From: Octopus sinensis
Lineage: Eukaryota
NCBI RefSeq assembly: GCF_006345805.1
Contig: NC_043011.1
Location: 10,726,001 to 10,790,000 of the forward strand
DNA length: 64,000 bases
Reading direction: 5' to 3'
Numbering within the stretch: position 1 is the first letter of the stretch; the number at the start of each line of letters is the position of its first letter. The position numbers and the translations under genes were made by a program. The notes beneath the pieces are model-generated. The model saw only the letters and a list, made by a program, of their open reading frames with translations. It searched no databases and was not told the DNA's origin. This document shows positions 27,161 to 41,847 of the stretch, in pieces.

Positions 27161-28545
27161 CCTGCTCCTCATTGATGACAGCATTCATCATCATCTTTGA
27201 CTTTCATTCTTTTTTCATAATCTTGTCTCCCTCCTAGTGTTCTCGCTTCTCCTCCCATGATGCTACTCAGGTTGTTTTTACATCCTTTCTCATTACCAAT
27301 AGCAACATGTAACCATCACTATCTCTCTTCCACCACCCTCTCCTTTGTCACCTTCCCACTCTAATTACTATTTCTCTCTCTCTTTCTCTCTCTTTCATCA
27401 CTCGCTGTTATGTTGCCTTGAACAAATGGTGAAAACATTGTATATTCTCTATGGGAACCAGATATCTTTCCCGGTGCTGTTATGATAGAATAAACCCTGT
27501 CCACTCGATTAAATGGCTGATACTAGAAAAAGCATCCAGGCATAGTCCCTGAGCAGTAACCTCAAGTAAGAAGTGATTTGAACAGTGACACACCATCATT
27601 GCCATAGCAGCATGGAAAAGCAGACATAAGAGTATTGATGATGATGATGCTGATGATGACAACAACAACAATATCCATGTCAATGACAATGACAATGTTA
27701 ACAACGATTTTGAGGATAATTTTAATAAGCAATCTCTTGCTGTTACATTTTAACATCTTCAAACAAAGACATATCTTGATAAATTGTTAAAAATAGCAAT
27801 GAAACTGTTTCTATTTTCATGAAAGCCAATTAGAGAATTCCTTTTCTGGATCTAATTTCATGATAACACTAAATGCTTATAGATATAACACCAAAGACTT
27901 ATTTATTCATAACCCATGATGTATTGATAATGTAAAAAGTAAATTCACCAAGTTGTGACTCGGGCATTAAAAGAGATGAGTGAATTTGTTTATCAAAGGG
28001 GAAAGCCGACTGCCATAAAATTGAAGATAAACTCCCAACAAACCAATTCTTGTAATCTAGTTTCAACTCTTAATTTTTTGTCTTTGTTTTTCAATTGTTT
28101 CTGATGATGTTGTTGTGTTTAGTTTTTATCTAGGTCAGTAGATATTTGGCAAACACAGCAGATCAAAGAAACCATTCGGTCAGTTTTTCCAGCAGCTTTC
28201 CTCTGTTGCTGGGATGCATTATCTTGTTTTGGAACATAAACAAATCATTCCTATGTTAAAATAAGAGTTTTTTGGTAGTAATCTAGTTACTACACTAAAC
28301 ATGTGAAACAGTTATGTAGAAGCTACTGTCTTGTTCGTACTGTATACACCGCAATAACAAAAAACACTACTGATGATGTTTGTTCTGAATAGTTCCAATG
28401 TCAGAAGTAATTACATCTTATTGTTGCCATCAAAACTTGATGCTTGTCTCAGTAAACTTAGTTTCCATAAAATATCTAGTGAAAATCGTTTTGAAGTAAA
28501 TCAGTTTAATAATTCAGCCTTTATTGTAAATTAGAGGCATAAATA

Positions 28546-29779
28546 TTGGATCATCCCACAAATATTGCAGTTTTTTAGTACTTCTTTTATGCTTCAAAAT
28601 TAAAATGAAGTTCTCTTTTAATCTAAAATATACTCTCCTTCATTTTCTACAAAACTCTTCCATCTATCTGGTAGACTTGCAAAGCCTATCTTCCAAAATT
28701 CACTTGTCCATGATGAAAAATAATCCTCCAGTACTGTTCTGACCTCATCTACAGAATTCATATTTTTTCCTTCCAAATGATTTTGAAGATTGCAGAATAA
28801 ATGATAATCAGATGGAGCAATGTCCAGTGAATATGGTGGATGGGGCATCATTTCTCATTCAAACTACTCCAGCCTTTGGAATGTCAGCCTTGCATTATCC
28901 TGATGGAAGAACACCTTTCATCTTGAAACCAAAGATGGTCGTTTTCCTTCTAGCTGCTCACAGTGGATCTCCTTTGTTATTTTTTGGTTTGGGTTTAAAA
29001 GTTTAAATTGGACTAAACCTTTCATATCCCAACAAACAGATATCAATACCTTACATGGGTGAAGACCTTCTTTAGCCTGGAGTGTTGGTGTTTCTCCTTC
29101 CCCTACCTGCTGTCTTTGACACACATTTTTATAAAGAACCCATTTCTTGTCACCAATCACTATTTGATCCAAAAAGGGTTGATTCATGAGACGTGACAGT
29201 AAAGAAGAACACACATTCACTCTCTGTCTGTGATCAGACTTGGGAAGTCTCTCGAGGATCCCATTGACCCAATTTGCTGACTTTTCTGATGGTATGCAGG
29301 TGTCACTGAATGGTTGAATGAACAAATCCAAACTTCTCTGCTAGTTCCTCAACAGTTATGATGGGATTTTGTTCTACCAGGGTTTGAAAGATATTCTTGT
29401 TGAGCTCTACAGATCTTCCAGGATGAGGCTGTAGTTTCTGGCTCAGAATTTCTGGAACCACCATTGATGCTGGCTTATGCTTATTGTCTGATCCCCATGT
29501 ACTGCATCAATATTCCTCACACTTTCCATTATGTTGTTGCCTTTATTGAACTCATAAAGCAAAATATGCCAAATATATTCCTTCGTCACTTCCAGTATAG
29601 CTTTGAAAAAATAACTGTTAAAATCAAAATGAACTCTTCAAAACTTGCACTAAGAATAAGCACAAGATAAAATTACTACCTGTTTTACAGCAAGTTGATG
29701 CAGGGAGTTTATTCCATCCCCCTACAACTTTTAGTTCATGCAATTGAAAAAAAACTGCATTATTTGTGGGATGATCCAA
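28546..29779 (-). mobile_element. Full-length decayed mariner (DD34D-type) with TIRs and TA TSD
   Basis: ~30-bp TIRs ttggatcatcccacaaata(t/a)tgcagtttttt flanked by TA; relics FLDQIVIGDKKWVLY and HPPYSLDIAPSDYHLF. Confidence 0.92.
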
Positions 29780-29893
29780 TATTAATTACAATGGAAACAA
29801 GTTGTGAAAAAGCAGCGAAAATCAAAGAATTTTCCTGAGAGGAAGCTGAGAACAAAAGAGATGCATTGTGTAGTATGCTTTATATAAACCAAC

Positions 29894-30071
29894 CTGAGGA
29901 TTGTCTAAGAAATTTTCATTATTTCCACATCCTCCCCATCTGTTAGGTGGTTTCCATTCTCCTTTATAGATAAATTCTTTCCATGTCATTTTCCAGGTCA
30001 ACCTCTTGGTGTTCACAATATGACAAATATCAATGTCAGTATAGAATTGACAAAAATCATCAAACGCCATC
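29894..30071 (-). CDS. CAPN5: Calpain-5-like internal exon (core/CBSW domain III junction)
   Basis: ttgtAG/GTtggt; (W)MAFDDFCQFYTDIDICHIVN...GEWKPPNRWGGCGNNENFLDNPQ; 178 nt, phase 2 to 0. Confidence 0.93.
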
Positions 30072-30298
30072 CTACAAATTAGAAATTAACCAGCATTAGG
30101 TGACAATTTGGAAAAGATAGGATTTTCAGCCAAAGAAATTGATCCCTGCAAATTAGAGATACAGTCTGTAAGTGGAACAATAAACATGTGTAAGATATTT
30201 CTAAAGTTCAACATGGAACACTTATTATTTTTGTAATCAAAATTTCTTTCTATGAAACCAGCCACTTCTATTTAGGAAGAAGTCAAATAATAGAAAAG

Positions 30299-30600
30299 GA
30301 CTAGCAGAGTTACCCGGTGTTGCTCGGTTACATTCAATTGAAGAATTAGCCTTTTATATATTTTCTGAAATGAACTGGAATATCTATGTTTCGAATTTCA
30401 TCAAAATTGCAGATGAAGGTTATTTCCCTCTTTACACACCCTAGAAGAATTGTAATCGTGCCACATGTATCCCATACTACTGATTTTTATGCGCAGATTC
30501 CAAAATTCAGTCTTTGCCCCTGAAAAATGAAGGTCATGGAGCTCTAAAATGTGAGAGTTAAAGCCTCTATTGGGGGTGGTCATTTTAATGTCAACCAGAG
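30299..30600 (+). mobile_element. Helitron/Helentron-like non-autonomous fragment (tentative)
   Basis: Begins ACTAGCAGAGTTACCCGGTGTTGCTCGG, a terminus typical of such elements (recall); a possible 3'-type end lies at ~38400-38535. Confidence 0.35.
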
Positions 30601-31461
30601 AAGTTGAATTGCTGAGAATCTTTTTAACTTGGGTCTTATTTCTATTGTTTGAATTTCTTTGAAATAGGAAATATATGTATGTTCACTGGGTTTGTAAAAG
30701 AGAGCAAAGCTACAGGAAACCAGAAGACAAATGATCACAATAAGCAGTCAGCTACCCTACCCTAGTTGTTATCACTTCCAATGTAGGTTCCCTCACCATA
30801 CAGATGACAGGCACAGCCATAAGATGCATAACGGATCTATAGCAATTGGAAGGGTGTGACCCAACTGAAATCAACATTAACAACTGTGCGACGTGAGGGC
30901 TAAGGAGAAATTAAAGTGTCACGTCTGGAGTTTGCAAATGACCACTATACTGATATGTAACTGGACAGAATAAATTTACAATCTATAAATGTCTTTGACT
31001 AACTAGTCACTCATCTGGGAAGGCCTTGAAATCAATGTTACCATCTGGGGACTATGTGTGACCCAGTGATAATAAAAAGACTGAAAGGAGGACTGCAACC
31101 AAATAACTTTACTCAACACTTTGCAACTGAATCAGTTGTGCCATTGAATTAGAAATAATGCCCAACTTTTATGCTCAGGTAACGCTAAATCTTCCAAGAG
31201 CACAACTGTATTCGTTTTTGCTTAGATAAAATGACAAAATTTTCTAACTTGTAAAAAGATGAAATTTTATAAATATTACTTCATTTGTGTCTAATATCTA
31301 TGGTTAAAATTTCATCAACAGCAAAAATATATGAATTGTCATGGGGGATATGGCCCTTATGCATAGAATATAATTTCCAAATCTCATGAAGTACTTTTGA
31401 CCTAGTTTTGGATCATAAAAGAAATGACTAAAATTTGGGAGTTAAGGCTCCCATTAGGGTG

Positions 31462-31501
<40 letters not shown>

Positions 31502-31528
31502 TATATATATATAGATAGATAGATAGAT

Positions 31529-31592
<64 letters not shown>

Positions 31593-31871
31593 TACACACA
31601 CACACACACACACACATACAAAGATAAATTGATAGATACAACTGAGTGGGCAAACAAAAATATGAGACACAACCTAGTGCTTTTTTTATGTTGATAAGCC
31701 TGGTGCTTATTCTATTAGTTTGTTCTTGTGAAACCAGTAAGTTATTGGATGTAAATAAATGAACAGCAGTTGTGAAGCAGTGATGAGGGAGAAACACAAA
31801 GACTTACATATATACATACATATATATATGATTGATTTGTTTCAGTTCCTGTCTACGAAATCCGTATATAT

Positions 31872-34572
31872 TGTTGTTGACATCTTTTTTGTCTTGGGAG
31901 ACAATGGAGTTGCACATAAAATAATCTAGTAAGGCTTTTGCATTTCATGTCCTAATACAGCTCCTGCTGTGGCTGTGTAGTCCTATCTTGGACAAACACT
32001 CCCTCTGGCAGATGCCGCAAATGTAGCGAAGACTTTGCCTGGCTGGTTGTTATGTCATAGTTTCTTGTTGACGTCTTGTCATTCCATTTCTCCTCTCTCT
32101 CTATGTCACTCCTTTGTGTTCCCTCTTTTACGGTACGTCGCCAATCTCCACAGTTGCTGGCAACTGCTTCCCAATTGGTAATATTAATGTTCAGGCATTC
32201 ATGTCCCTTTTGCAAACATCCTTGTAGCATAAGAACAGTCTTCCCACAGACCTAGTGCCCCTAGCAAGCTCTCCGTTGAGTATGTCCTTGGGGATTCTGC
32301 CATCTTCCACACGGCTAACATATCCAAGCCATCTCATACATCTTTGTGTGAGGAGTGCAAACATGCTTGTATTCCTGCTTGCTTGAGGACATCTTTGTTG
32401 GGGACATGATTCTGCCATTTGATGCGAAGGATTTTGCGGAGGCAGCACAGGTGAAAGATATTTAGATGACACTCTTGGCATGTGTATGGCGTCCAAGTCT
32501 CACTTCCATACAGTAGAGTGCTAAGTACACATGCCTGGTAAATCTTCATTTTTGTGATCTTGGTCAGCTTATTGTTGTCCCATGCCCATTTGGAGAGTTG
32601 AGCCATCACAGAAGCTGTCTTGCCAATGCGTATATTGAGCTCAGCATCAAGGGATAGGTTGTAGGTGACTGTAGAGCCAAGATAGGTAAACTTCTCCATC
32701 TGTAGTCTGTGGTCTCCAATATGTATGTTTGGGATGTCCGATGTAGCCTGACCCATGATGTTGATTTTCTTGAGGCTGATAACTAAGCCAAAGTCACTAC
32801 ATGCTTGCTCATAACAGTTGATGAGCCTTTGTAGGGCTTCTTCTGTGTGTGATACCAGAGCGGCATCATCAGCAAATAGCATCTTCTTGATCAGGACGCT
32901 TCTGATTTTGGTCTTGGCACACAGACGCGAGAGATTGAACAGTTTCCCGTCACTCCATCATCTGATGTCTCAAAGGCATGTGACAGCAGCAACGAGAAGA
33001 AGATGCCAAATAATGTAGGAGCAAGGACACAACCTTGCTTTACCCCATTTTTTATTTGGAAGGCAGCTGATGTTGAACCATTGTGCTGTATGGTGCCTTG
33101 CCTATCATCATGGAAAGATTTGATAATCCTCAGCAGCTTTGGTGGACATCCAATTTTTTTTTTTAGTGCAAGATGAAGAGGCCTTTTCTACTTACCAAGT
33201 CAAAGGCCTTTGTCAGATCAATGAAGGCCATATATAATGGCATTTTCTGCTCTCTGGACTTCTCCTGAAGTTGGCGTATGGAGAGTATCATATCAATAGT
33301 TGATCTGCTTCTTCTAAACCACACTGCGATTCTGGATAAATTCGAGAAGCAAGCAGTTGTAGCCTGGACAGGATAATGCGAGCAAAGGCCTTTCCAACAG
33401 TGCTTAGAAGAGATATTCCACGGTAATTGTTACAATCACCACGGTCACCTTTGTTTTTGTAAAGCGTAACGATGTTAGCATTCCGTATATCCTGAGGGAC
33501 TGTACCCTCTTCCCAGCACTGACACAGAAGCTCATGAATGTGCCGAAGCAGGATGGTATTTTTGCCAGTTTTGATGATCTCTAAGGGGATGCCGTCTTTT
33601 CCTGAGCCTTGTTACTTGCTAGGAAGTCAATAGCCTTGGTGAGCTCTGCTATAGATGGCAGACTGTCAAGTTCGCACATGACTAGCAAGATCTTGACACC
33701 CTCGATTGCAGCCTCAGCTACCGTGGTCTCTCGTGAGTAGAGATCCTAGTAGTACTCCACCCATCTATCCATTTGCTTGCTTTGGTCCTTGATGAGATCT
33801 CCAGTAGTTGATTTCGGAGGGACTGACTTGGTTGCGGATGGACCGAGGGCCTTCTTCAAACTGGCATACATCCCACGGGTGTCGCCAATGTCAGCAACTG
33901 ACTGGATACTCTGACAGATTTCTTGCCAATACCTATGTGCACAGTGTCTGGCAGTCAGTTGGGTTTTATTTCTTGCCTTTCTGAGTTTTTCAAGTGACTT
34001 TGTAGAAGAATCCCTCTTGTATTGCATCAGAGCTGCACGCTTTGCTTCGATAACTGTTTCCAGCTCTGAGAGCCCAACATTGAACCAATCTGGGTTTTGC
34101 ATTTCTCTAATGCTGAAAGTATCTATTGATGTGGTATACAAAGCTTCCCTGATATAATTCCACCTACTTTCAGCAGAGGAGGTTGGGTAGCTACTGAGGG
34201 CAACTTTGATAGAAACAACAAAACATTGTCGCAGTGTAGGGTCCGAGGTTCTGGCAGTGTTAATGTGTGGTCAGCCCATTTTCTTGGAGTGATGGACATT
34301 TTTAGGTAGAATCTTCACCCTGCTTCTAATTAGTGAATGATCTGTGTCACAATCTACGCTGTGGTCACTACGGGTCAGTTGAACAGAATTCAGAAAGGAT
34401 CTTCGTGTAATGATGAGATCCAGCTGATGCCAGTGGTGAGATCTTGGATGTCTCCAAGATGCCTTGTGGGATGTCTTGTTGGTGAAGAATGTGTTGGCGA
34501 TGCACAGGTTATGGTATGTGCAAAATTCAAGTAGTCTCTGACCATTGTCATTCATGTTGCCAGTACCGAAAC
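31872..34572 (-). mobile_element. RTE/BovB-like LINE, 5'-truncated within the endonuclease
   Basis: APE relic NGQRLLEFC...SWRHPRSHHWHQLD...DCDTDH; RT LFADDAALVSHTEEALQ; short (CAA)n tail at 31872; ~70-bp flanking direct repeats. Confidence 0.9.
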
Positions 34573-34642
34573 ACATACACTTACATATATACATACATAT
34601 ATATATACAATTGATTTGTTTCAGTTCCTGTCTACGAAATCC

Positions 34643-34688
<46 letters not shown>

Positions 34689-34779
34689 GTATATACACAC
34701 ACACACACACACAAAGATAAATTGATAGATACAACTGAGTGGGCAAACGAAAATATGAGACACTGTGTAGTGTTTTTTT

Positions 34780-35097
34780 ATATTTTGATAAGCCTGGTAC
34801 TTATTCTATCAGTTTCTTCTTGTGAAACCAGTAAGTTATGGGGATGTAAATAAAAGAACACCAGTTGTGAAGCAGTGATGAGGGAGAAACACAAAGACAC
34901 ACACATAGACATACATATATACATACATACACATACAATTGATTTCTTTCAGTTTCTGTTCACAAAATCCACTGACCAGGCTTTGGTTGGTCTGAGGCTA
35001 TAGCAGAAGACACATGCCAAGTTGCCACATAGTGGGACTGAACTGAGGACCATGTGTTTTGGAACAAAGTTTGTTACCACACAGCCACACCTGCACC
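34780..35097 (-). mobile_element. tRNA-derived SINE with CORE-like segment (further copies ~31640-31866, 44750-45088, 48130-48547, 51718-51893, 62480-62718)
   Basis: Head ggtgcaggtgtggctgtgtggtaa..., central ggcaacttggcatgtgtctt-type segment, internal (CA)n; repeated across the window. Confidence 0.7.
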
Positions 35098-35290
35098 TAT
35101 GTATGTGTGTGTGTGTGTGTATGGTGTATATATGTATGCATGTATATATGTGTATATATATGTGTACGTATTACATGTACATCTATATATATACATCTAG
35201 ACATACATGTATATCTATAGAAATACATCTATACATATACAGCTATACATATACATGTATATATATATAGCTATATATATATACACGTGT

Positions 35291-35338
<48 letters not shown>

Positions 35339-35364
35339 CATCCATATATATACATATTATTATA

Positions 35365-38270
35365 TTTCGGAATGGTCATTTTGCCAGTTTAGCCAATAAA
35401 AACACACGCACTATATATTTGGTGTTACTTTGCTTCAGTGTTATTATTTTTTACATTAATCTTAATCTTATTTCGGCCAGAGTTCTTTCGTCACACTCCT
35501 GTGACCGCATCAGTGGTCCTTTGTTTTCTTCTTTCTTATTTGTGTGTCTCTCCTTACTAACTGTCAGCCGTTTTGTATTTCTATTGTATGTCTTCATTTG
35601 TGCATGCTTATATCTCTAAGTGCAACTATGTTTATTTAGTGTGTGTGTGGGGGGGATGCCTGTAATATTTGTATCTTCTGTTTATATACGTTCATGTAAT
35701 TTGTTTTTGTTTTTGTTGTTTTTGTTTATTCTTATTTTGTTCATGTGTTTACATCCACTTATTATTATCATTACATATGCTTGTATGTATGTATAACAAC
35801 AATACTAGTAATAATAATAATAAATCAAAAAAATCTTTTAAATTAAAAAAACAACAACTTATATAGTTATTTATTTCTATTTGTTTATTTATCTGTGTAT
35901 TTTATTTATTATGCTTTCGGTTTTGTTTATATTGTAACCAGTTTATTGGGATCCTCTACCGTCATATGTTGTGGTGTGTGCTAGTGTTCCATTCCAGTTT
36001 CCTATTCAGGCTAGGTTTATTTTCTATTATGTGTGTAGCTTCTGTAATTTGTCTGATTGTTGCATCTGTTCTATGTGTGGACAATATATTAATTTCTATG
36101 TTGTTGATTGGTCCCCCGTGTTCCTGTTCGGCGTGTTGGTACAGAATCGATGAGTTTTTACCTTCCTTGAGTTCTCTCCAATGTCATTTACCCGCTCTGC
36201 TATGCTTCTTGCTGTTTCCCCTACGTATGTCGTTGTCTTGTTAATGCATCGTCCCTCTATACATCTCTATACATCTTATACTATAAACTACATTTCTGGC
36301 TTTACAGTTTGTTTGTGGGCTAAGTCTACATACAGTACAGTACTTATCCGTACAGGGGGTTCTACTAAAAGGATAGGTTCTAACGATTATAGATTTGATA
36401 GGGTTGCTTGGCTTTTCAACAACCTTAATCCTTAGCTTAAGTTTGTCTAGGGTCCTTCTAAAGTGGTACACCAGTTCACCTCCAGGGGTGGTGTCAACGA
36501 ACATGACACTCTGGTATTTATAGCTATCATACCAAGAGTTGGCCTTCCCTATTTTCTTTTTTGTCCTTTCTATAGTGTTCCATGACTTGTTCCTATAGAG
36601 CGGGCAAATACCATTCCTATCATTACATAATATATTATCAAATTTCTTCATGGCTCCTTTGTATACTCTGATCCTTTCTTTATGGCTGTAACCTGAGAAC
36701 TGCATGCGGTGAATGAAATATTGTATGTGTCTCTTTAACTCTGTAGGCTCGCACATGCGTGACACATTTCTCATTATTCTGACGAGGTCTGCCATCAAAA
36801 TATTGAATTTGGCATTGTCCGCAATGGCTGAGTCCCGGTGGATCAAGTATTTTGAGGCCATAGGTTTGGCATAGTATGAATGAAGGATTTGGGTTTTATT
36901 TTTCACAATTTCTAGCCAGAGTTCAGTGTCTAGTACTGGTAGTCTATGGTTGGGGTGTTTAGTGGGGTAGTCTATTGTGACCTTTATACTCTGGTGGATG
37001 GAGTTAACTATTTGCTGGATGCTCTCCATAGTATTAGTTTCTATTACTATATCAACAGTACTCTCTTGTGGGGGTGCCTTTACCACTATGTTGATATCAT
37101 CAACATAGAGAGAGTACATGTTTACGAGTATGGAGTTCTGTGTTAGGCGTTCTTTAAGCCTTCTGTCCCACCATACCATGAAAAGGTTGGCCACATCCCC
37201 AGCGATACTAACGCCGATGGCTGCCCCCTCGTCCTGGGCTTATATTTTATTGTTAAACTTAAACGTGTGGCCTTTTAGGGTAACTCTTATACTAGTTCCT
37301 AGTGCATGTGCGATCATTTTCTTTACCTGATGGACATTTGCGGGGCTCCGTATGGCTCTGGTCCATCCACGCCATCTTTCTATATGGGTCTTCCTAGCCA
37401 TAGAAGTAATTGTGGGTGGTCTACCTCTTAAACATCTACTGGGGCAGAAACTACTAAGATTATGTTTATCTAGGTATTCATTGTTACATGTCAGTCTAAG
37501 TAGGAGGCCCAGTTCCTCTGTGTTGACATTACGGAACTCCACCTGGCTCTCGTTGATCATCTCCACGCACTTCTCCACCGCAAAATCTACGTCGATCGAT
37601 GGGTATAGGGATACCACATCCATGCTACCCACCATACATCCTGTCAGGTCACAAGTGTTGTTACAGTCATTGATCCTACTGAGGAGATCTTCTGTGCTAT
37701 CACAAACACCAGGTGACATCCGGATTATAGGGCGTATGATCATTGAGAGGAAGTAGGAGATCCTGTAATTGCTAGCGATATTCGCTCCACAGACTGGTCT
37801 TGTTGGTGGTCATGCTATAGGGTCAGTGGTTACTTTATGGTCTTTGCGAAGTCCATACAGTGCCAGGATATCATTGTTCCAGGCTTGGAAATTATTTGCT
37901 GTACGTTTCTGGGGTCCCAGAACAATTGTCCACATCATGTGGGCATTGAGGACCTTTTCTCTCTCCTCATGTGCCTGTAAAGTTGTTATTTTTGTATTGG
38001 AGATATGAGGTTGCATTGCCTGGATGTAGTTCGGTAAGCTGTCTATTGACATCCTGCCGGACTTATCTGTAGGAAGGCATACCACCTCTCCGTTCCTCGT
38101 GCGCTGAATGAGCTTATGTAGGCCACATGCAGGTTTAATCCCAAGTTGTTGGGCCTCTGTCTTATTCTGTCTCTGTCTCTTAGTGGCTAAACTGGCAAAA
38201 TGACCATTCCAAAATATAATAATATCTGTTTCAACACACGACTTCACATAAAAAATCTTGCACAACAAAA
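35365..38270 (-). mobile_element. Penelope-like element (RT + GIY-YIG) with hammerhead-bearing terminal repeat and an inverted 5' tail
   Basis: GSMDVVSLYPSI, GAAIGVSIAGDVANLFM, LYVDD, CKARNVVYSIRC...YVGET; HHR-like motif at 35475-35519; 38181-38215 is inverted relative to 35365-35395. Confidence 0.88.
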
Positions 38271-38674
38271 ATATAAATGTACATATATATACATGTATAT
38301 ATATATATATATATATAATATATATATATATATATAATACTGAAATAGTGGAAAAGATATGATATTGCTGTGGGCTCGACCTAAGCAAGAAGTTAAACAT
38401 TTTTTTGCCGATGACACTCCCCAGACCCTAAGTAAGGCATGTGTAAAATTTGAATGAAATTGGTTGTGTAGTTCTCAAGTTTTAGGGAAACACACAGACA
38501 GACAGACACACATTCTCAGTTTTATATATGTAGATAACTAACCAAACACACACACACAGACACACATGCAATTACATACACCTTAAGGAATTATTATAAT
38601 ATTATTGTGCCTACTACCATCTACCTTTTCCATGTGGTACGCTTATGTCATCATCAAGAGAAGTTACAATTCAA

Positions 38675-38710
<36 letters not shown>

Positions 38711-39869
38711 AAAGAAAGAGAGAAGATAGGGAAAAAGAAAGAACAACAAAAAAAAGAATGAAAAACGATGCTATAAAATTTCTATACAATTGCTGCTCAT
38801 TCAACCTTGGTTCTAACGTGATTGGTTGATTCCTATTTCATAATGGTAAAAAAAAAATGCAATTACTTTCCAAACACCCTAATAGACATGATAGTTACTT
38901 AGAAAGATGGACAGACAGACAGACAGAGAAACGGATAAACAGACAGACAGAGGAACAAACAGACCCTGACAGATAGACAGATGAGTCTACTAATATATCA
39001 AAAATTATGCAAATAGAGGGATATATTAATAGATATACAAATAGATAGATCACTGAAGTGAGTGAAGTGTAAAGAAATGTAAATATTCTTTATTGGTAAA
39101 TAACTTGGACTGAGCCTTGGTGGTGGTTGGACAGCAAACAGACGAGTTTCTTCATAGATCTTTATTTTCGAAAATTCCTTCACATGACACTTGTGTTTTA
39201 ATGCAATTAATTACCATCTGCTCAATTGAAACATTTGTTTATCGAATATGGAGAATGATAGATGACATTAACTAAAAAGAAAAAGAATGAAAAGGACATA
39301 CGGAGATGTACTTGCATAGTGGGTGACTTGATCTGAGACCATGTGCTGGAACGAAAACAATTGCAGTGTGGAAGGTATTTATAAGCCATTTAAGAAGCTT
39401 TATCAGTGAACATAGTCTCAAAGCGACGAAAATATTTTGACAAATTAAATTTAAATGTTGAAGTGAATCTAACGGTTTTGTGTGTTTCTTAAACACCTTC
39501 CACGCTGCAAATGAAAAGGACAATTTTTCATAAAGTGAACGTGTACTACATGTAGGATGTGTCAGCCTCTAGAATAATTGCAGTGAAACTACCTCAATAA
39601 TAGGTGCACAAGAAGGAATGCCCTTCTGAACACTTTGCCTAAAACTGTCTCCAAATGACTCCAACCTTCATTTCATTTTGGAACAAATTTCGACGAAGCC
39701 TTCCAGCTTCACAGACCCCAGTTGACCCGTCCAACCCATGCTAGCATGGAAAGCGGATGCTAAACGATGATGATGATGATGTAAGGCTGTCCAACTGTCC
39801 GACAATGAATAAGGGACAGGGACAGACATTTATCAAAATTGCAAATAACAATCATTTAATCAATACGTC

Positions 39870-41425
39870 AGTCCAGATGAGATGCAGTTTGGTTTGTGCC
39901 AGGGAGAAGTACCACTGATGCTATGTTTCTGGTAAGGCAGCTGCAGAAGTACCTCTCCAAAGATAAACCTCTGTACCTGGCTTTCGTTGACATAGAGAAA
40001 GCCTTTGACAGGGTTCCCCAATCCCTTATCTGGTGGTCAGTGCAGAAACTAGGTATAGGCAAGAGGTTGGTAAGAGCTGTACAAGTCATGTACTGCAATG
40101 AATTCAGGGTACAAGTAAGGGTTCACCAAAGGTCAGTCCTCAACACCGTCTTGCCCATAACAGGAATTTAAGGCAGGCTACCCCTGGTAGCTTCTCTATG
40201 CTGATGACCTAGTTTTTATAGCTGAATTACGACTAGAACTACGGAAGAAATTTCAGGTGTGGAGCAAGGTCTAGAATCAAAGGATCTTAGAGTTAACTTA
40301 GCAAAAACCAAAATCTTAGTAAGTAGGAAAGCAGACAAATCACAAATCCCTTCAGGTAGATGGTCCTGCTCAATTTGTAGAAAGGTCATAAGTAGAAATT
40401 CCGTAAGATGCACCCGGTGCAAGCTATGAGCACGTAAGAAGTGCAGCAATAACAGAGGAAGATTAACAGGGAAACTAGTGTTTGTGTGTGGATGGTGCAC
40501 AGATGCAATTAATACTAAACACTTACAGAAAAATAGACTCCATCAACTGGCAGGGGATCAAGCTAGAGGTGGTAGATAGCTTCCATTATCTAGGTGACAA
40601 TGTCAGTGGATGCTTCAAGAGTGTAGCTGCAAGAATAAGAATAGGCTGGGCAAACTTCAGAGAGCTCCCTCCTCGGTTGGTAACAAAGGGCTTCTCCCTC
40701 AGAGTGAAAGGCAGACTGTGTGCAAACAGCTATGCTACACACAGCAGTGAAACATGGGTTGAGGCCATCGGGAACATGTGTAAGTTGAAAGAAATGAAGT
40801 CAGTATGCTTCCCTGGATGTGTAATGTCAGTGTGCATGTACGACAGAGTGTGGGGGTCTTGAGAGAAAAGTTAGGTATAAGAGGCATCAGATGCAGTGTG
40901 CAAGAGAGACGACTGCACTGGCATGGTCATGTGATGCTGAACAGTAGACAGAACCAGTGTAAAGAAGTGCCGACCTCTAACTGTGGAAGAGGTAGACTCA
41001 AGAAGACATGGGACAAGGTGATGAAGCATGGTCAGAGAGGCAATGACTAGTGACCGTAACCTTTGGGCAATATGCTATGCTTGAGAAAACCTGTGAAGCC
41101 AAGTGAAAACATAATCAAGGCCAATGCCAGTGTCATGTAACTGGGAGGCAATGAGAAATGATTGAAAGCATTGGCAATATGCTCTTCTTGAGAAGAAGAC
41201 CCATCAAGCCAAGTGAAATCACAGTCATGGCTGATACCAGTGTCATGCAACAAGCATCATGTAAAAGCACCCATTACACTTTTGGAATGGTTGAGGTTAG
41301 GAAGGTCATCCAGTCATAGAAACCATGCCAAATCAGACTGGAGTCTGGTGCAGCCCTTCAGCTTACCAAACCGTCCAACCCTTGCCAGCATGGACCAATG
41401 CACATTAAATGATAATGATGATGAT
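39870..41425 (+). mobile_element. RTE-clade LINE fragment, decayed
   Basis: GRSTTDAMFLVRQLQ, DIEKAFDRV, WANFRELP, 3' UTR and GAT-like tail. Confidence 0.85.
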
Positions 41426-41766
41426 ATGAATAAGCATTATCTTTTTAATTCATCTTTTATTTCCTTAGACTCTCAAGCACATCATATCTGTCAAATGTAT
41501 AACAAAGTGGTAAGTAAGCAATACCTTTTTAAATGGGAGGATATCAAAAGAAATTTTGAAACTCCTTGCTTGCGTTCAGTATAATGTTTCAAATGTACTG
41601 ACTTCTAAACTTTTTGTTAATTCTAGAGTTTACTATCAATTCAATTAAAAGGTGTAAACATATGATAATAGTGATAACAGTAATAATAGTAGTTATATCA
41701 TATGGTGGTGGTGGTGGTGGTGGTTGTGACCATGGTGACACCTTACTTATTGCACTCAATACCTAC

Positions 41767-41847
41767 CAGAATTCTCCATCATTGTGATCCAAAGTTAATC
41801 CAAGTTCTTTCTTTGTACTTTCACTGACATTTTGCCATTCAGGTGAC
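41767..41847 (-). CDS. CAPN5: Calpain-5-like internal exon (end of protease core)
   Basis: tttttAG/GTaggt; (G)SPEWQNVSESTKKELGLTLDHNDGEF(W); 81 nt, phase 2 to 2; typical calpain DGEFW motif. Confidence 0.92.

Noticed and set aside
28134-28259. Plus-strand exon-like stretch VSRYLANTADQRNHSVSFSSSFPLLLGCIILFWNINKSFLC*, resembling a GPI signal of a nested gene
   Set aside because: It has a plausible acceptor, but I found no upstream partner exons or recognisable domain; RNA-seq would be needed.
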